From assembly GCA_046484975.1 (NCBI GenBank), contig JAWOHX010000011.1, positions 3,611 to 67,610 of the forward strand: 64,000 nt of DNA. Direction: 5' to 3'. Under the pieces are notes generated by a model. It saw only the letters and a list, made by a program, of their open reading frames with translations, searched no databases and was not told the DNA's origin. How positions within the stretch are numbered: the stretch's first letter is position 1; every line of letters starts with the position of its first letter. Positions 1 through 8,894 of this stretch are shown one piece after another. This DNA is from Clostridia bacterium. Its GTDB lineage: Bacteria > Bacillota > Clostridia > DUPQ01. Both the position numbers and the translations under genes were made by a program.

Positions 1-1242
1 CTCAGGCAGAGGGACGATATCCTGGAAGATGCCTCCGGGCAACGTGTGGTGCAAAAGGTCTGGTACATCGTCGGGGAAGAGGACGTGAAGGTCAACCAGG
101 CGAGGGTCAACGGGCTGGTCATCAACGCCACCAACCTGACTGGACGAAACATCATCGAGGAGGATGCCAAGGACCTGGAACAGTACGGAATCACCGGGGA
201 ATACTTCGTTCGGATCAAAACCGTCCAGGGGGTGGAATATACGGTGTCTCTTGGCGACCTGCTCTACAACAGGGACGGGTTTTATGCCATGAGGGACGAC
301 AACAGGCGTGTCTATTCCATCGCCGTCTCCTCTGCCCTGTCGTTGTACGCCACCAGGGCGGACATTCTGGACCTGAACATTTTTCCCACCCGCAACATTT
401 TGGATGTGGAGAGCATGAGACTGGATAGGGACCAGAAGCTTGTTTTCACCATCACCTCCGACAGAAATTATGTCTGGCTGATGAGGGAACCCGTCATCTG
501 CAAGGCCAAAATCCGCGAGGTGGATGAAATGATACAAAGCAGCCTGAACCTTTACATCAAGGGGTATGTGGACATCTCCCCGGAGGACCTGTCGGAATAC
601 GGCCTGGACAGGCCGAGATACGAGATGACACTGATCATCAGCGGCAAGGAGACCACCATGCAGATCGGTCGGGAAGAAATAAGGGACGGGGTTTTCTACG
701 CAATGGTAAAAGGCGTGAACGAAGTGTTCACCGTGGAGTCCAAGACCCTGGACTTCCTGGACAGCCCCACCATGGACATGGTGGTGGAATACCAGTACAC
801 TCCGGAATTCCAGCTGCTGGACAGCATCGAGATCCAGGCCCTGGACATGAACCTGCTCTATGAGATCACATACAATGAGGAACTGGAGGTGAACGACTAC
901 AAGTTCAACGGCCAGTCCATCAACCGTTTCGACGGGACCATGAGGACCTTCGGCGTGTTCTTTTATGAGTTCGCCACTCTTGTGCCCATCACCGGCATCG
1001 TTCCCGAATGGGAAATCACAGGGGAACCCTTTTTGAGCATGAAATACACCTTCAATGACGGATATTACGACAATTTAGAATTTTACATCAAGGACAGGGA
1101 GCATTGCTATTATGTCAGGAACGGCATCTACACCGGCCTGACGGTTTCCAGGCAGTACCTGGATGAAAAGGAAGGGTTCCTCAAACTGGTGGAGCTCATC
1201 CACACCGGGGAACTGCAGAGGGACTTCGGCATCACCAACTGA
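1..1242 (+). CDS. hypothetical protein, DUF4340-like (5' partial)
   Basis: Frame 1 is open from nt 1 with no in-frame stop before the ATG at 46, so the gene probably starts upstream of the window. No catalytic motifs seen. Family guess rests on overall resemblance to DUF4340-type proteins. Confidence 0.45.
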   Translation, partial: LRQRDDILEDASGQRVVQKVWYIVGEEDVKVNQARVNGLVINATNLTGRNIIEEDAKDLEQYGITGEYFVRIKTVQGVEYTVSLGDLLYNRDGFYAMRDDNRRVYSIAVSSALSLYATRADILDLNIFPTRNILDVESMRLDRDQKLVFTITSDRNYVWLMREPVICKAKIREVDEMIQSSLNLYIKGYVDISPEDLSEYGLDRPRYEMTLIISGKETTMQIGREEIRDGVFYAMVKGVNEVFTVESKTLDFLDSPTMDMVVEYQYTPEFQLLDSIEIQALDMNLLYEITYNEELEVNDYKFNGQSINRFDGTMRTFGVFFYEFATLVPITGIVPEWEITGEPFLSMKYTFNDGYYDNLEFYIKDREHCYYVRNGIYTGLTVSRQYLDEKEGFLKLVELIHTGELQRDFGITN

Positions 1243-1302
1243 ACCATCGGACCGTTTCCCCCGGAGACGGTCCGGTTTCTTTGATGGAAGGGAAGGCAGG
1301 AC

Positions 1303-1857
1303 ATGAAGAGATTTTATGAAAAATACCGGAAAGGCCTGTTGAATGTGGCAGGAGTCTACGCTTCCAGCGTCTTCCTGTTCACATTCTTTCTCATCGCGCC
1401 CATCAGCATGGAAAATACCTATCTTTGGATATCCATCTATTCCGTCATATTCTTTGCCTTCCTGTTCTCGTTCCTGTATCGGAGGATGCGGGAAGCAGGC
1501 AGCCGGGAGAACCATGAGGCCAACAGGGCATCCGTCAGGCCGTACCCTTTGAAGGGACTGGTCTACGGGTTGCTGGGGTTTTTACCTTTCCTGTTCCTGG
1601 AGCTTTTGTATTTCCTGATCCATGACCCGTCTTCCATGGAAATGTCCATGCGCATTTTCCATATCGCGTTCCGATGTATCTTCGGACCAATGTATTTCAT
1701 CATACGGGGACTGGGATATACCTGGTTTGCCTACCTTGCGGCATCGTCGGTGGTTCCCCTGATTGCCATGACCGGATACATGGCGGGTTTTTTCAATGTG
1801 GACATCGCCACCATCAAGGAGAAAAAAGAAAAAGAAACAGAGGACTTCCTGAAATGA
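1303..1857 (+). CDS. hypothetical integral membrane protein
   Basis: 184 aa with several hydrophobic helices (FLFTFFLIAPI, IYSVIFFAFLFSFLY, LLGFLPFLFLELLYFLI). Its stop TGA overlaps the next start in an ATGA, which suggests coupling. Confidence 0.5.
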   Translation: MKRFYEKYRKGLLNVAGVYASSVFLFTFFLIAPISMENTYLWISIYSVIFFAFLFSFLYRRMREAGSRENHEANRASVRPYPLKGLVYGLLGFLPFLFLELLYFLIHDPSSMEMSMRIFHIAFRCIFGPMYFIIRGLGYTWFAYLAASSVVPLIAMTGYMAGFFNVDIATIKEKKEKETEDFLK

Positions 1858-2672
1858 CCGACAGAAAGAAATGCCTTGAGATGATTGCAGACTACAATGC
1901 AACAATAAACAAAGAGATCGAAAAGAAGATGGACAGTGTTTCCAGCCATGGGGAACTCAAGCGAGCCGTGGAAGAGGCCGGCAGGGAGTGGGAGAAGAAA
2001 ACGTTTGGATCCATGCTTCCCCGGGAGCATTTCAATGGAATCAGGGAAGAGGACCTATGGGGGATTTTCGATGATGCATGCAGGATCCTTGACGACACCT
2101 TTCCCCTTTCATTCCTTGAGGTTCTCCGGCAGGATCATCATCGGGAGCGGCTTGCGGGACGGGCATTTGACTTTTCAGACCCCGAGACCTGCGTTGCAGC
2201 CCTCAGAATCCTTGGACTGACAGGCGACACGGGGCATCTGGGGGAAATCATCGCTGCCATCCTGGAAACAGGTGAGGAGCAGGAGCTTGTCAAGGAGACA
2301 GCCAGGCAGGCATTGGCTGACATCGGGAGACCCGCGTTGCCAAACATCATTGCGGTCCTGAACGCCAGGGAATCCTGCCGGGATGACGATTTTCACCTGG
2401 TCATCGCCCTTCTGGAGATCTGCCGCCATGAAAAGGATGACAACGCCTACCTGGCGCTCAAGGATGTGTTCCGCAAAACGGCGGACAAATCCATCGCCGC
2501 CAGTTGCCTGGCGGAGTACGGGGACCCAAGGGCCATCCCGATGCTTCGGACATACCTCGGAAAGAACCTGGCGGCCTTGGATAAGGCGGCCGTCCTGGAA
2601 ATCAAGAACGCGGTGGAAATCCTCGGGGGACAGGTGGAGGACCTGCTGTCGGAGCCATTCCCGCGGTTGTGA
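1854..2672 (+). CDS. HEAT/PBS-lyase-like repeat protein
   Basis: The ATG at 1854 overlaps the upstream stop. Repeated ~30-aa units with a L..LG..GD..A...L pattern are typical of HEAT-like repeats. The longer ORF from 1674 is rejected as an upstream extension. Confidence 0.55.
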   Translation: MTDRKKCLEMIADYNATINKEIEKKMDSVSSHGELKRAVEEAGREWEKKTFGSMLPREHFNGIREEDLWGIFDDACRILDDTFPLSFLEVLRQDHHRERLAGRAFDFSDPETCVAALRILGLTGDTGHLGEIIAAILETGEEQELVKETARQALADIGRPALPNIIAVLNARESCRDDDFHLVIALLEICRHEKDDNAYLALKDVFRKTADKSIAASCLAEYGDPRAIPMLRTYLGKNLAALDKAAVLEIKNAVEILGGQVEDLLSEPFPRL

Positions 2673-2706
2673 AACAATTGACAGGGAGAGGCTGATAATA
2701 TATAAT
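2667..2706 (+). promoter_or_regulatory. sigma-A promoter (TTGACA-17-TATAAT) overlapped by a half-Rex-box-like TTGTGAAacaaTTGACA
   Basis: TTGACA at 2678-2683 and TATAAT at 2701-2706 with a 17-nt spacer. TTGTGAA, the left half-site of the Rex operator consensus TTGTGAA-N6-TTCACAA, sits immediately upstream and overlaps the -35. Confidence 0.45.
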
Positions 2707-2740
2707 TTTTTTGCCTGAGAACATACCAACGGGGGGCTTG

Positions 2741-3391
2741 ATGACTGAGAACAAGAGAATATCCGATGCCGTTATAAAAAGACTGCCAAGATATTACAGA
2801 TATCTTACAGAGCTGAAACAAGGCCATTTGACAAGGATCTCTTCCAAGGAACTCAGCGAGAAGATGTCTCTGACCGCTTCCCAGATACGCCAGGACCTGA
2901 GCTGCTTCGGGGGGTTCGGACAACAGGGATACGGCTACAACATCGACCATCTCCATGAGGAGATCGGCAAGATCCTCGGGGTGGACCAGGGATTCGCCAT
3001 GATCGTCGTCGGGGCGGGCAACATGGGTCAAGCCCTTGCCAATTACCCGAATTTCAACAAAAGGGGATTCCGGGTCATTGGCATCTTCGACATCAATCCC
3101 AAGCTCATCGGCACCGGAATCAAAGGTGTTGAGGTCATGCATGTGGATGTCATGGAAGAGTTCATCAGAAATCACCATGTCGACATTGCAGTCCTGACCC
3201 TGCCCAGCGCTGAGACCAGGATGTACGCGGAGAAGATGATCCGCTGGGGCATCAAGGGACTATGGAATTATTCTGCCATGGATCTTCAGGTGAATCCCGA
3301 AAAGACCATCGTGGAGAATGTGCATCTCAGTGACAGCCTGATGGTACTGGGGTATAAAATACACAATAACAGACTAGGGGGACCACAATGA
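2741..3391 (+). CDS. rex: redox-sensing transcriptional repressor Rex
   Basis: N-terminal winged helix (KRLPRYYRYL; IRQDLSCFGGFGQQGYGYNIDHL) and a Rossmann NADH-binding fold (IVVGAGNMGQALANY). Length and motifs match Rex/YdiH. Start taken at MTENKR. Confidence 0.9.
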   Translation: MTENKRISDAVIKRLPRYYRYLTELKQGHLTRISSKELSEKMSLTASQIRQDLSCFGGFGQQGYGYNIDHLHEEIGKILGVDQGFAMIVVGAGNMGQALANYPNFNKRGFRVIGIFDINPKLIGTGIKGVEVMHVDVMEEFIRNHHVDIAVLTLPSAETRMYAEKMIRWGIKGLWNYSAMDLQVNPEKTIVENVHLSDSLMVLGYKIHNNRLGGPQ

Positions 3392-5457
3392 AAAACTTTA
3401 CAAGCGAGAATATCAGGAACATTTGCCTTTTATCCCATGGATCGGGAGGAAAGACGACCCTTGCGGAGGCGATGCTGTTCAATGCCAAGGCCATTGACCG
3501 CCTGGGAAGCATCAATGCGGGGAACACCACTTGTGATTTTGATTCAGAGGAAATAAAAAGGAACATTACCATAAACGTGTCCGTCGCGCCGTTTGAATGG
3601 AAAAACACGAAAATCAACATCATCGACACCCCCGGATATTTCGATTTTGTCGGGGAAGTGAAAAGCGGGGTCAAAGTGGCGGAGACGGCGCTGATCCTGG
3701 TCCCTGCGAAGAACGGGGTGGAGGTCGGCACAGAAAAGTCATGGGGCTATGCCAATGAGAACAACATGGGCAGGATGTTCTTCATCAGCAAGATGGACGA
3801 GGAGAACGCCGACTATTTCAAAACATACGGGGAACTGGTGGAACAATTCGGGAAGAATGTCATTGCCTTTGAATTCCCCATCCTTGAGAACGGGAAGCTG
3901 ACGGGACTGGTGGATGTCATCCACAAGACAGCAAGGAAGTACGATGGAGGAAAGCTCATCGAAATCCCCATTCCTGCCGACCTGGAGAAGAAAGCGGACG
4001 AGCTGAGGGAACCGTTGATGGAAGCGGTGGCCGAGACGGACGAGGCACTGATGGAAAAATATTTCGACGGAGAGGCATTCACCCCCGAAGAGATCAAGAA
4101 AGGCCTGCTGGAAGGCATCAGGAACGCAGACATCATTCCGGTCTTCTGCGGCTCATCCCTCACCAATGCCGGAATCCAGCTGCTGATGGACGCCATCGTG
4201 GAATACACCCCCGCACCGACGGCAGGAAAGCCAATGCCGGCCAAAAACATCAAAACCGGACAGGACATGGAGATCAAACCCCTGCCCGGCGAGAAACTGA
4301 GCGCCCTCGTGTTCAAGACCATTGCCGATCCTTTCGTCGGCAGGATTTCCATCATCAGGGTGTATTCCGGGGAACTGAAAGTGGACACCCAGGTCTACAA
4401 CAGCAGGACGAGGAAGCTTGAGAAAATCACCAACCTTTTCCTTCTGCGGGGGAAAAAACAGGAGACCACCGACAAGATACCCGCCGGTGACATCGGCGCC
4501 ACGGCGAAGCTGGTGGACACCAACACCAATGATACCCTGTCAGACCCGTTAAACCCGGTGGAGCTGGAAAAAATCGTGTTCCCTGCCCCTTCCATATCCC
4601 TTGCCGTAGAGCCCCTGACCAAAGGGGACGAGGAAAAAATAAGCTCCGGTCTGAACAAACTGAAGGACGAGGATCCCACATTCACCCTCGTAATCAACCC
4701 TGAGACCCATCAGGCATTGATTTCGGGAATCGGGGAACAGCACATTGAGGTGCTCACCAGCAAGCTCAAGGAGAAATTCGGCACATCCGTGAAACTCACC
4801 GACCCGTTGGTGCCTTACAGGGAGACCATCAAGAAAAGTCTCCGTGTGGAAGGAAAACACAAGAAACAATCCGGCGGACACGGCCAGTACGGCCATGTGT
4901 GGATGGAATTCGAACCCGGGCAAACGGATGACCTGACCTTCGAGGAGAAGATATTCGGTGGTTCGGTGCCCAAGCAGTATATCCCCGCCGTGGAAAAAGG
5001 ACTGCGTGAATGCATCACGAAAGGTGTCCTGGCAGGCTACCCCATGGTGAGGCTCAAGGCGGTCCTGGTGGACGGCTCCTACCATGCTGTGGATTCCTCC
5101 GAGATGGCCTTCAAACTGGCTGCCACCGTGGCATATAAAAAACTCGTGGACGCACAGCCGGTCCTGCTGGAGCCCATCATGCACTGTGAGGTGCTGATTC
5201 CCGAAGACTACATGGGAGACATCATGGGGGACCTGAACAAAAGAAGGGGCAGGATACTCGGGATGACCCCCATGGAAAACAGCTACCAGCAAGTGGCCGC
5301 CGAAGTCCCCATGGTTGAAATGTTCAAGTACGCCAATGATCTCAGATCCATGACCCAGGCAAGGGGAACCTTCACCATCAGGCTGGCCCGATACGACGAG
5401 GTACCCTTCCAGTTGAGCGCAAAGATCATAGAGGAAGCCAAAAAAGAGCATGAATGA
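3388..5457 (+). CDS. elongation factor G paralogue (EF-G-like translational GTPase with degenerate switch II/G4)
   Basis: 689 aa with the five-domain EF-G architecture. P-loop SHGSGGKTT. Switch II is DTPGY, where the canonical form is DTPGH. G4 is SKMD, where the canonical form is NKMD. The domain IV/V region matches fusA closely. Its ATG overlaps the rex stop in an ATGA. Confidence 0.85.
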   Translation: MKNFTSENIRNICLLSHGSGGKTTLAEAMLFNAKAIDRLGSINAGNTTCDFDSEEIKRNITINVSVAPFEWKNTKINIIDTPGYFDFVGEVKSGVKVAETALILVPAKNGVEVGTEKSWGYANENNMGRMFFISKMDEENADYFKTYGELVEQFGKNVIAFEFPILENGKLTGLVDVIHKTARKYDGGKLIEIPIPADLEKKADELREPLMEAVAETDEALMEKYFDGEAFTPEEIKKGLLEGIRNADIIPVFCGSSLTNAGIQLLMDAIVEYTPAPTAGKPMPAKNIKTGQDMEIKPLPGEKLSALVFKTIADPFVGRISIIRVYSGELKVDTQVYNSRTRKLEKITNLFLLRGKKQETTDKIPAGDIGATAKLVDTNTNDTLSDPLNPVELEKIVFPAPSISLAVEPLTKGDEEKISSGLNKLKDEDPTFTLVINPETHQALISGIGEQHIEVLTSKLKEKFGTSVKLTDPLVPYRETIKKSLRVEGKHKKQSGGHGQYGHVWMEFEPGQTDDLTFEEKIFGGSVPKQYIPAVEKGLRECITKGVLAGYPMVRLKAVLVDGSYHAVDSSEMAFKLAATVAYKKLVDAQPVLLEPIMHCEVLIPEDYMGDIMGDLNKRRGRILGMTPMENSYQQVAAEVPMVEMFKYANDLRSMTQARGTFTIRLARYDEVPFQLSAKIIEEAKKEHE

Positions 5458-5490
5458 CAAAAACCCCGGTCCCCACCGGGGTTTCCCAAA
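5458..5490. terminator. GC-rich hairpin after the EF-G paralogue (weak U-tract on + strand)
   Basis: AAACCCCGGT-cccc-ACCGGGGTTT inverted repeat followed by TTTCCC. The U-run is better on the minus strand, but no minus-strand gene is present. Confidence 0.35.
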
Positions 5491-5538
5491 AGGGAACAAT
5501 CTGTTGAACGGTTTCGTCAAATATTCAGGAAGAGGTGG

Positions 5539-6411
5539 ATGATGATGAAGAACAAAGCATTTTTAACAATACTTGCCATATTGATGATTTTTGCCGTGGC
5601 AGGCTGTGCCTCACTGGGTGGACAGAAAACCGACTCCAGTGAAGGCGCATACTATCCGGGAACGGCCCCGGCCCCGGATCCCTCCCGCTCCAATGAGTCA
5701 GGGGGATTTTATGAGGATGAAAACCAGAAAACCATCCTGACGGGGAACGTAACGGTGGAAGTGGATGACTTTGATTCCGCCATGGCCGGCATACGCGCAT
5801 CCATTGGTGACAGCGGATACATCCAAAACAGCAACATCTACAAACAACCGGCATATTACAATGATGAAAAAATCATGCTCAGCAGGGCAAGCCTCACCAT
5901 ACGGATCCATAAGTCCCGGTTCGATGCATTCGTCGCAGGCATCCACGATGTTGGCCTGGTCATCAATGAAAGCACCAACGCCGAAGACATCTCCGACATG
6001 TATTATGATACGGAGGCCAGGCACAAGCTCCTGAAGGACGAGAAAGCAAGGCTGGAGCTCTACCTGACGGAAACGAAGGACCCGGACGTGTTCTTCAAGA
6101 CCCAAAGCAGGATCACGGAAGTCATATATGAGATGGAGAGACTGAAAGGGACAATCAACAAGTGGGACGACAGGATCGAATTCTCAACGGTATATGTTGA
6201 GATCAAGGAACAGCATCCAGACGAGACATCGGCCCTTGCCAAACCCATGGGTTTCTTTGAAAGGGTCTGGGAGAACATGAAAAGCTCCGTCGGATTCCTT
6301 GGTGAAGTCTTAATCGTCATGGCGGGACTGATTCCCGTATTCATCGTGATGGGCATGGTGGCTTTGGCGGTCCTTGCCATAGTGCGCCTTTCCAGAAGAA
6401 AAAAGAAATAA
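5539..6411 (+). CDS. DUF4349-like lipoprotein with C-terminal TM anchor
   Basis: Signal peptide with lipobox (LMIFAVAGC ASLGG). Coiled middle region. C-terminal hydrophobic helix plus RRKKK stop-transfer. Confidence 0.65.
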   Translation: MMMKNKAFLTILAILMIFAVAGCASLGGQKTDSSEGAYYPGTAPAPDPSRSNESGGFYEDENQKTILTGNVTVEVDDFDSAMAGIRASIGDSGYIQNSNIYKQPAYYNDEKIMLSRASLTIRIHKSRFDAFVAGIHDVGLVINESTNAEDISDMYYDTEARHKLLKDEKARLELYLTETKDPDVFFKTQSRITEVIYEMERLKGTINKWDDRIEFSTVYVEIKEQHPDETSALAKPMGFFERVWENMKSSVGFLGEVLIVMAGLIPVFIVMGMVALAVLAIVRLSRRKKK

Positions 6412-6430
6412 GGGAAAAAAGTTTTGACAA

Positions 6431-6460
6431 CCCCTCTCCGGCCGGAGAGGGGTTGTTTTT
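6431..6460 (+). terminator. intrinsic terminator
   Basis: CCCCTCTCCGG/CCGGAGAGGGG perfect stem followed by TTGTTTTT. Confidence 0.8.
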
Positions 6461-6483
6461 CGTGTTCCCTTCGGATATAATAA

Positions 6484-6500
6484 AGTCAAGGTTAGTCAAA
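6484..6500 (+). promoter_or_regulatory. CtsR operator (tandem heptad AGTCAAG-gtt-AGTCAAA) just downstream of a TATAAT
   Basis: Direct heptad repeat matching the CtsR box consensus (A/G)GTCAAA-NAN-(A/G)GTCAAA. It lies immediately after the TATAAT at about 6476-6481 and 20 nt upstream of the ctsR start. Confidence 0.7.
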
Positions 6501-6521
6501 ATCAATTTATGAGGTTTCGAT

Positions 6522-6983
6522 ATGGCACGATTGAGCGATTTGATTGAGGAATTCATCAAGGGGATGATCAATGATACGGAAGGGGAAATCGAGATCCAGC
6601 GGAATGAGCTTGCCAGCCAGTTCAATTGCGTGCCTTCCCAGATCAATTATGTGATATCCACCCGTTTCAATTCCGAAAGGGGATATTTCGTGGAGAGCAG
6701 AAGGGGAGGCGGAGGCTACATACGGATCCGGAGCCTTTCCAATGCCAAGCCCACCGACTACCTGATGCATGTCATCCTGTCCATGGGGGAGGTTGTCTCC
6801 CAGCATTCCGCCAACCTCTATATCGACAATTTCATTGACTATGAGATCATTTCCCCCAGGGACGGTCTTTTGATCAAAGCCGCCGTGAACGACAAATCCT
6901 TAAAAAACGTGGAGGTCATCAACCGGGACAAGGTCCGGGCCGACTTGATCAAGAACATGCTTGTCAGACTGGTGGTGAGATAA
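6522..6983 (+). CDS. ctsR: CtsR, class III heat-shock/stress gene repressor
   Basis: N-terminus MARLSDLIEEFIKGMIND...EIQRNELASQFNCVPSQINYVISTRF, plus the glycine-rich loop RRGGGGYIRI that is diagnostic of CtsR. Confidence 0.92.
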   Translation: MARLSDLIEEFIKGMINDTEGEIEIQRNELASQFNCVPSQINYVISTRFNSERGYFVESRRGGGGYIRIRSLSNAKPTDYLMHVILSMGEVVSQHSANLYIDNFIDYEIISPRDGLLIKAAVNDKSLKNVEVINRDKVRADLIKNMLVRLVVR

Positions 6984-6985
6984 TC

Positions 6986-8338
6986 ATGGCAAAAACCAGC
7001 ACCCGATTCATCTGTCAGGAATGTGGATATGAGACCATGAAATGGATGGGAAAATGCCCGTCCTGTTTCCAATGGGACACCTTAAGCCAGACCGTGACTG
7101 AAAAGGCATCGGGTACAACAGAGGTGCGAAAAACAGTCCTCACGGGCCTTTCAGGCCTTTCTTCCGAATCTTCCGACAGGATCGACACGGGCATCGGGGA
7201 GATGAACCGTGTGCTGGGCGGAGGCGTGGTCAGGGGATCCATCATTCTGGTGGGAGGAGATCCCGGCATCGGCAAATCCACCATCCTCCTTCAGCTATGC
7301 AAAAGCGTGGAGGTGGGGACCGAGGTCTTGTATTTTTCCGGGGAGGAAAGCATCAGCCAGATCGGCATGCGGGCGAAGAGACTGGGGGTCGTGAAAGAAA
7401 ACATCCTGTTTGCCTCGGAGACGGATGTGGAAAGCATCTGCGACTGCATGGAGGATAAAAAACCCGAGATCGTTGTCATTGATTCCATCCAGACAGTCTC
7501 CAGCAGCCAGGTGCCCTCGGTCCCGGGCAGTGTGACCCAGATCCGCAATGCCGCCCAGGCTTTTATCCAGACAGCCAAGAAAATCAACACTTCCGTGTTC
7601 CTGGTGGGCCATGTCACCAAGGATGGCACACTGGCCGGCCCCAGGATCCTGGAACACATGGTGGACACGGTCCTGTATTTCGAGGGAGACAGAAGCAGCA
7701 GTTTCAGAATCCTGCGGGCGGTGAAGAACCGGTTCGGATCCACCAACGAGATTGGGGTGTTTGAGATGCTGGAGGAAGGATTGGCTGAGGTGGCCAACCC
7801 CTCCGCGCTGTTCCTGTCCGGGAAAAGCCGCCATGCGGCGGGATCCTGCGTGATACCCGTGATGGAGGGGACCCGGCCCATGCTGTGCGAGATACAGGCC
7901 CTGGTGAGCGCGAGTCCCTTCGGGATGCCCAGGAGGATGTCCACAGGAGTGGACAACAACCGGGTCATCATGCTGGCAGCGGTCCTGGAGAAGATTCTGG
8001 GGCTGAAGCTTGCCAATTGCGATGCCTATGTCAACGCCGCAGGCGGCCTGAAGGTTTCCGAACCGGCTTGTGACCTGGCGGTGATCAGTGCCATCGGATC
8101 CAGTTTCAAGAACCTCCCCGTCGCCGACGACCTGGTGGTCATGGGGGAGGTGGGGTTGACGGGTGAGATCCGGGGGGTCAGCAACATCGACAAGAGGGTC
8201 CGGGAAGCGGAGAAGCTGGGGTACAAGGTTGCCGTCATTCCGTCGGCCAATCTGGCCCAGGCCAGAAAGGCTTCCAAGACCCTTGTCATCCATGCCGTGG
8301 ACCATATAAAAAGAGCATTTGAGGTCCTTTTCCAGTGA
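6986..8338 (+). CDS. radA: DNA repair protein RadA/Sms
   Basis: C4 zinc finger (CQECGYE...CPSC). RecA-like Walker A (GGDPGIGKST). KNRFG motif. C-terminal Lon-like protease domain. Confidence 0.95.
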   Translation: MAKTSTRFICQECGYETMKWMGKCPSCFQWDTLSQTVTEKASGTTEVRKTVLTGLSGLSSESSDRIDTGIGEMNRVLGGGVVRGSIILVGGDPGIGKSTILLQLCKSVEVGTEVLYFSGEESISQIGMRAKRLGVVKENILFASETDVESICDCMEDKKPEIVVIDSIQTVSSSQVPSVPGSVTQIRNAAQAFIQTAKKINTSVFLVGHVTKDGTLAGPRILEHMVDTVLYFEGDRSSSFRILRAVKNRFGSTNEIGVFEMLEEGLAEVANPSALFLSGKSRHAAGSCVIPVMEGTRPMLCEIQALVSASPFGMPRRMSTGVDNNRVIMLAAVLEKILGLKLANCDAYVNAAGGLKVSEPACDLAVISAIGSSFKNLPVADDLVVMGEVGLTGEIRGVSNIDKRVREAEKLGYKVAVIPSANLAQARKASKTLVIHAVDHIKRAFEVLFQ

Positions 8339-8347
8339 ATCCTTTTT

Positions 8348-8376
8348 TTGACAGAAAGGCTCATTTCGGGTATAAT
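8348..8376 (+). promoter_or_regulatory. sigma-A promoter TTGACA-17-TATAAT
   Basis: TTGACA at 8348-8353 and TATAAT at 8371-8376, separated by 17 nt, about 25 nt upstream of the carD/cdnL start. Confidence 0.7.
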
Positions 8377-8398
8377 GAAGGTCAGATTGGAGAAAACC

Positions 8399-8881
8399 AT
8401 GTATAAAATAGGAGATAAAATCGTATACCCTCTCCATGGGGCGGGAGAAATCACAGGCCTGGTGGAAAGGCATGTTCTTGGCGTCACCAAGAACTATTAT
8501 AAATTGAAGATGACCGTGGGAGAAATGGAAGTCATGATTCCCGTGAGTGCCGTGGACAGTGTGGGCGTCAGGGATGTCATCACGGAACAGGAAGCCAATG
8601 ACCTGATCGAGGAGTTTCGGAAAATGGAATGCGATGACGTGGTCAACTGGAACAAGCGCTACCGGGAGAACATGCAGAAGCTGAAAAGCGGTTCCATCCT
8701 GAAAGTGGCGAATGTGGTGAAAGGGCTCATGATTCGGGACAAGCACAAGGGGTTGTCCACAGGAGAACGGAAGATGCTCACCAGTGCCAAGCAGATCCTT
8801 CTCAGCGAGATAGTGATAGCAAAAAAAATCAACACCGACCAGGCGGAAAAAATCCTTGCCAACATCATCGTAGATCATTGA
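8399..8881 (+). CDS. CarD/CdnL-family RNAP-binding transcription factor
   Basis: N-terminal Tudor-like RNAP-interacting motif (YKIGDKIVYPLHGAGEI...YYKL). About 160 aa, typical CarD_CdnL_TRCF domain. Start chosen at MYKIG. Confidence 0.8.
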   Translation: MYKIGDKIVYPLHGAGEITGLVERHVLGVTKNYYKLKMTVGEMEVMIPVSAVDSVGVRDVITEQEANDLIEEFRKMECDDVVNWNKRYRENMQKLKSGSILKVANVVKGLMIRDKHKGLSTGERKMLTSAKQILLSEIVIAKKINTDQAEKILANIIVDH

Positions 8882-8894
8882 CAGGAGAGGCTTC

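Noticed and set aside
1674-1853. Upstream extension of the HEAT-repeat ORF, listed as starting at 1674
   Set aside because: This segment overlaps the preceding membrane-protein gene in another frame. The ATGA stop/start overlap at 1854 and the protein sequence argue that the real start is 1854.
6424-6429. TTGACA upstream of ctsR as its -35
   Set aside because: It lies about 46 nt from the TATAAT at 6476 and inside or before the upstream terminator, so it is not a functional -35 for this -10.
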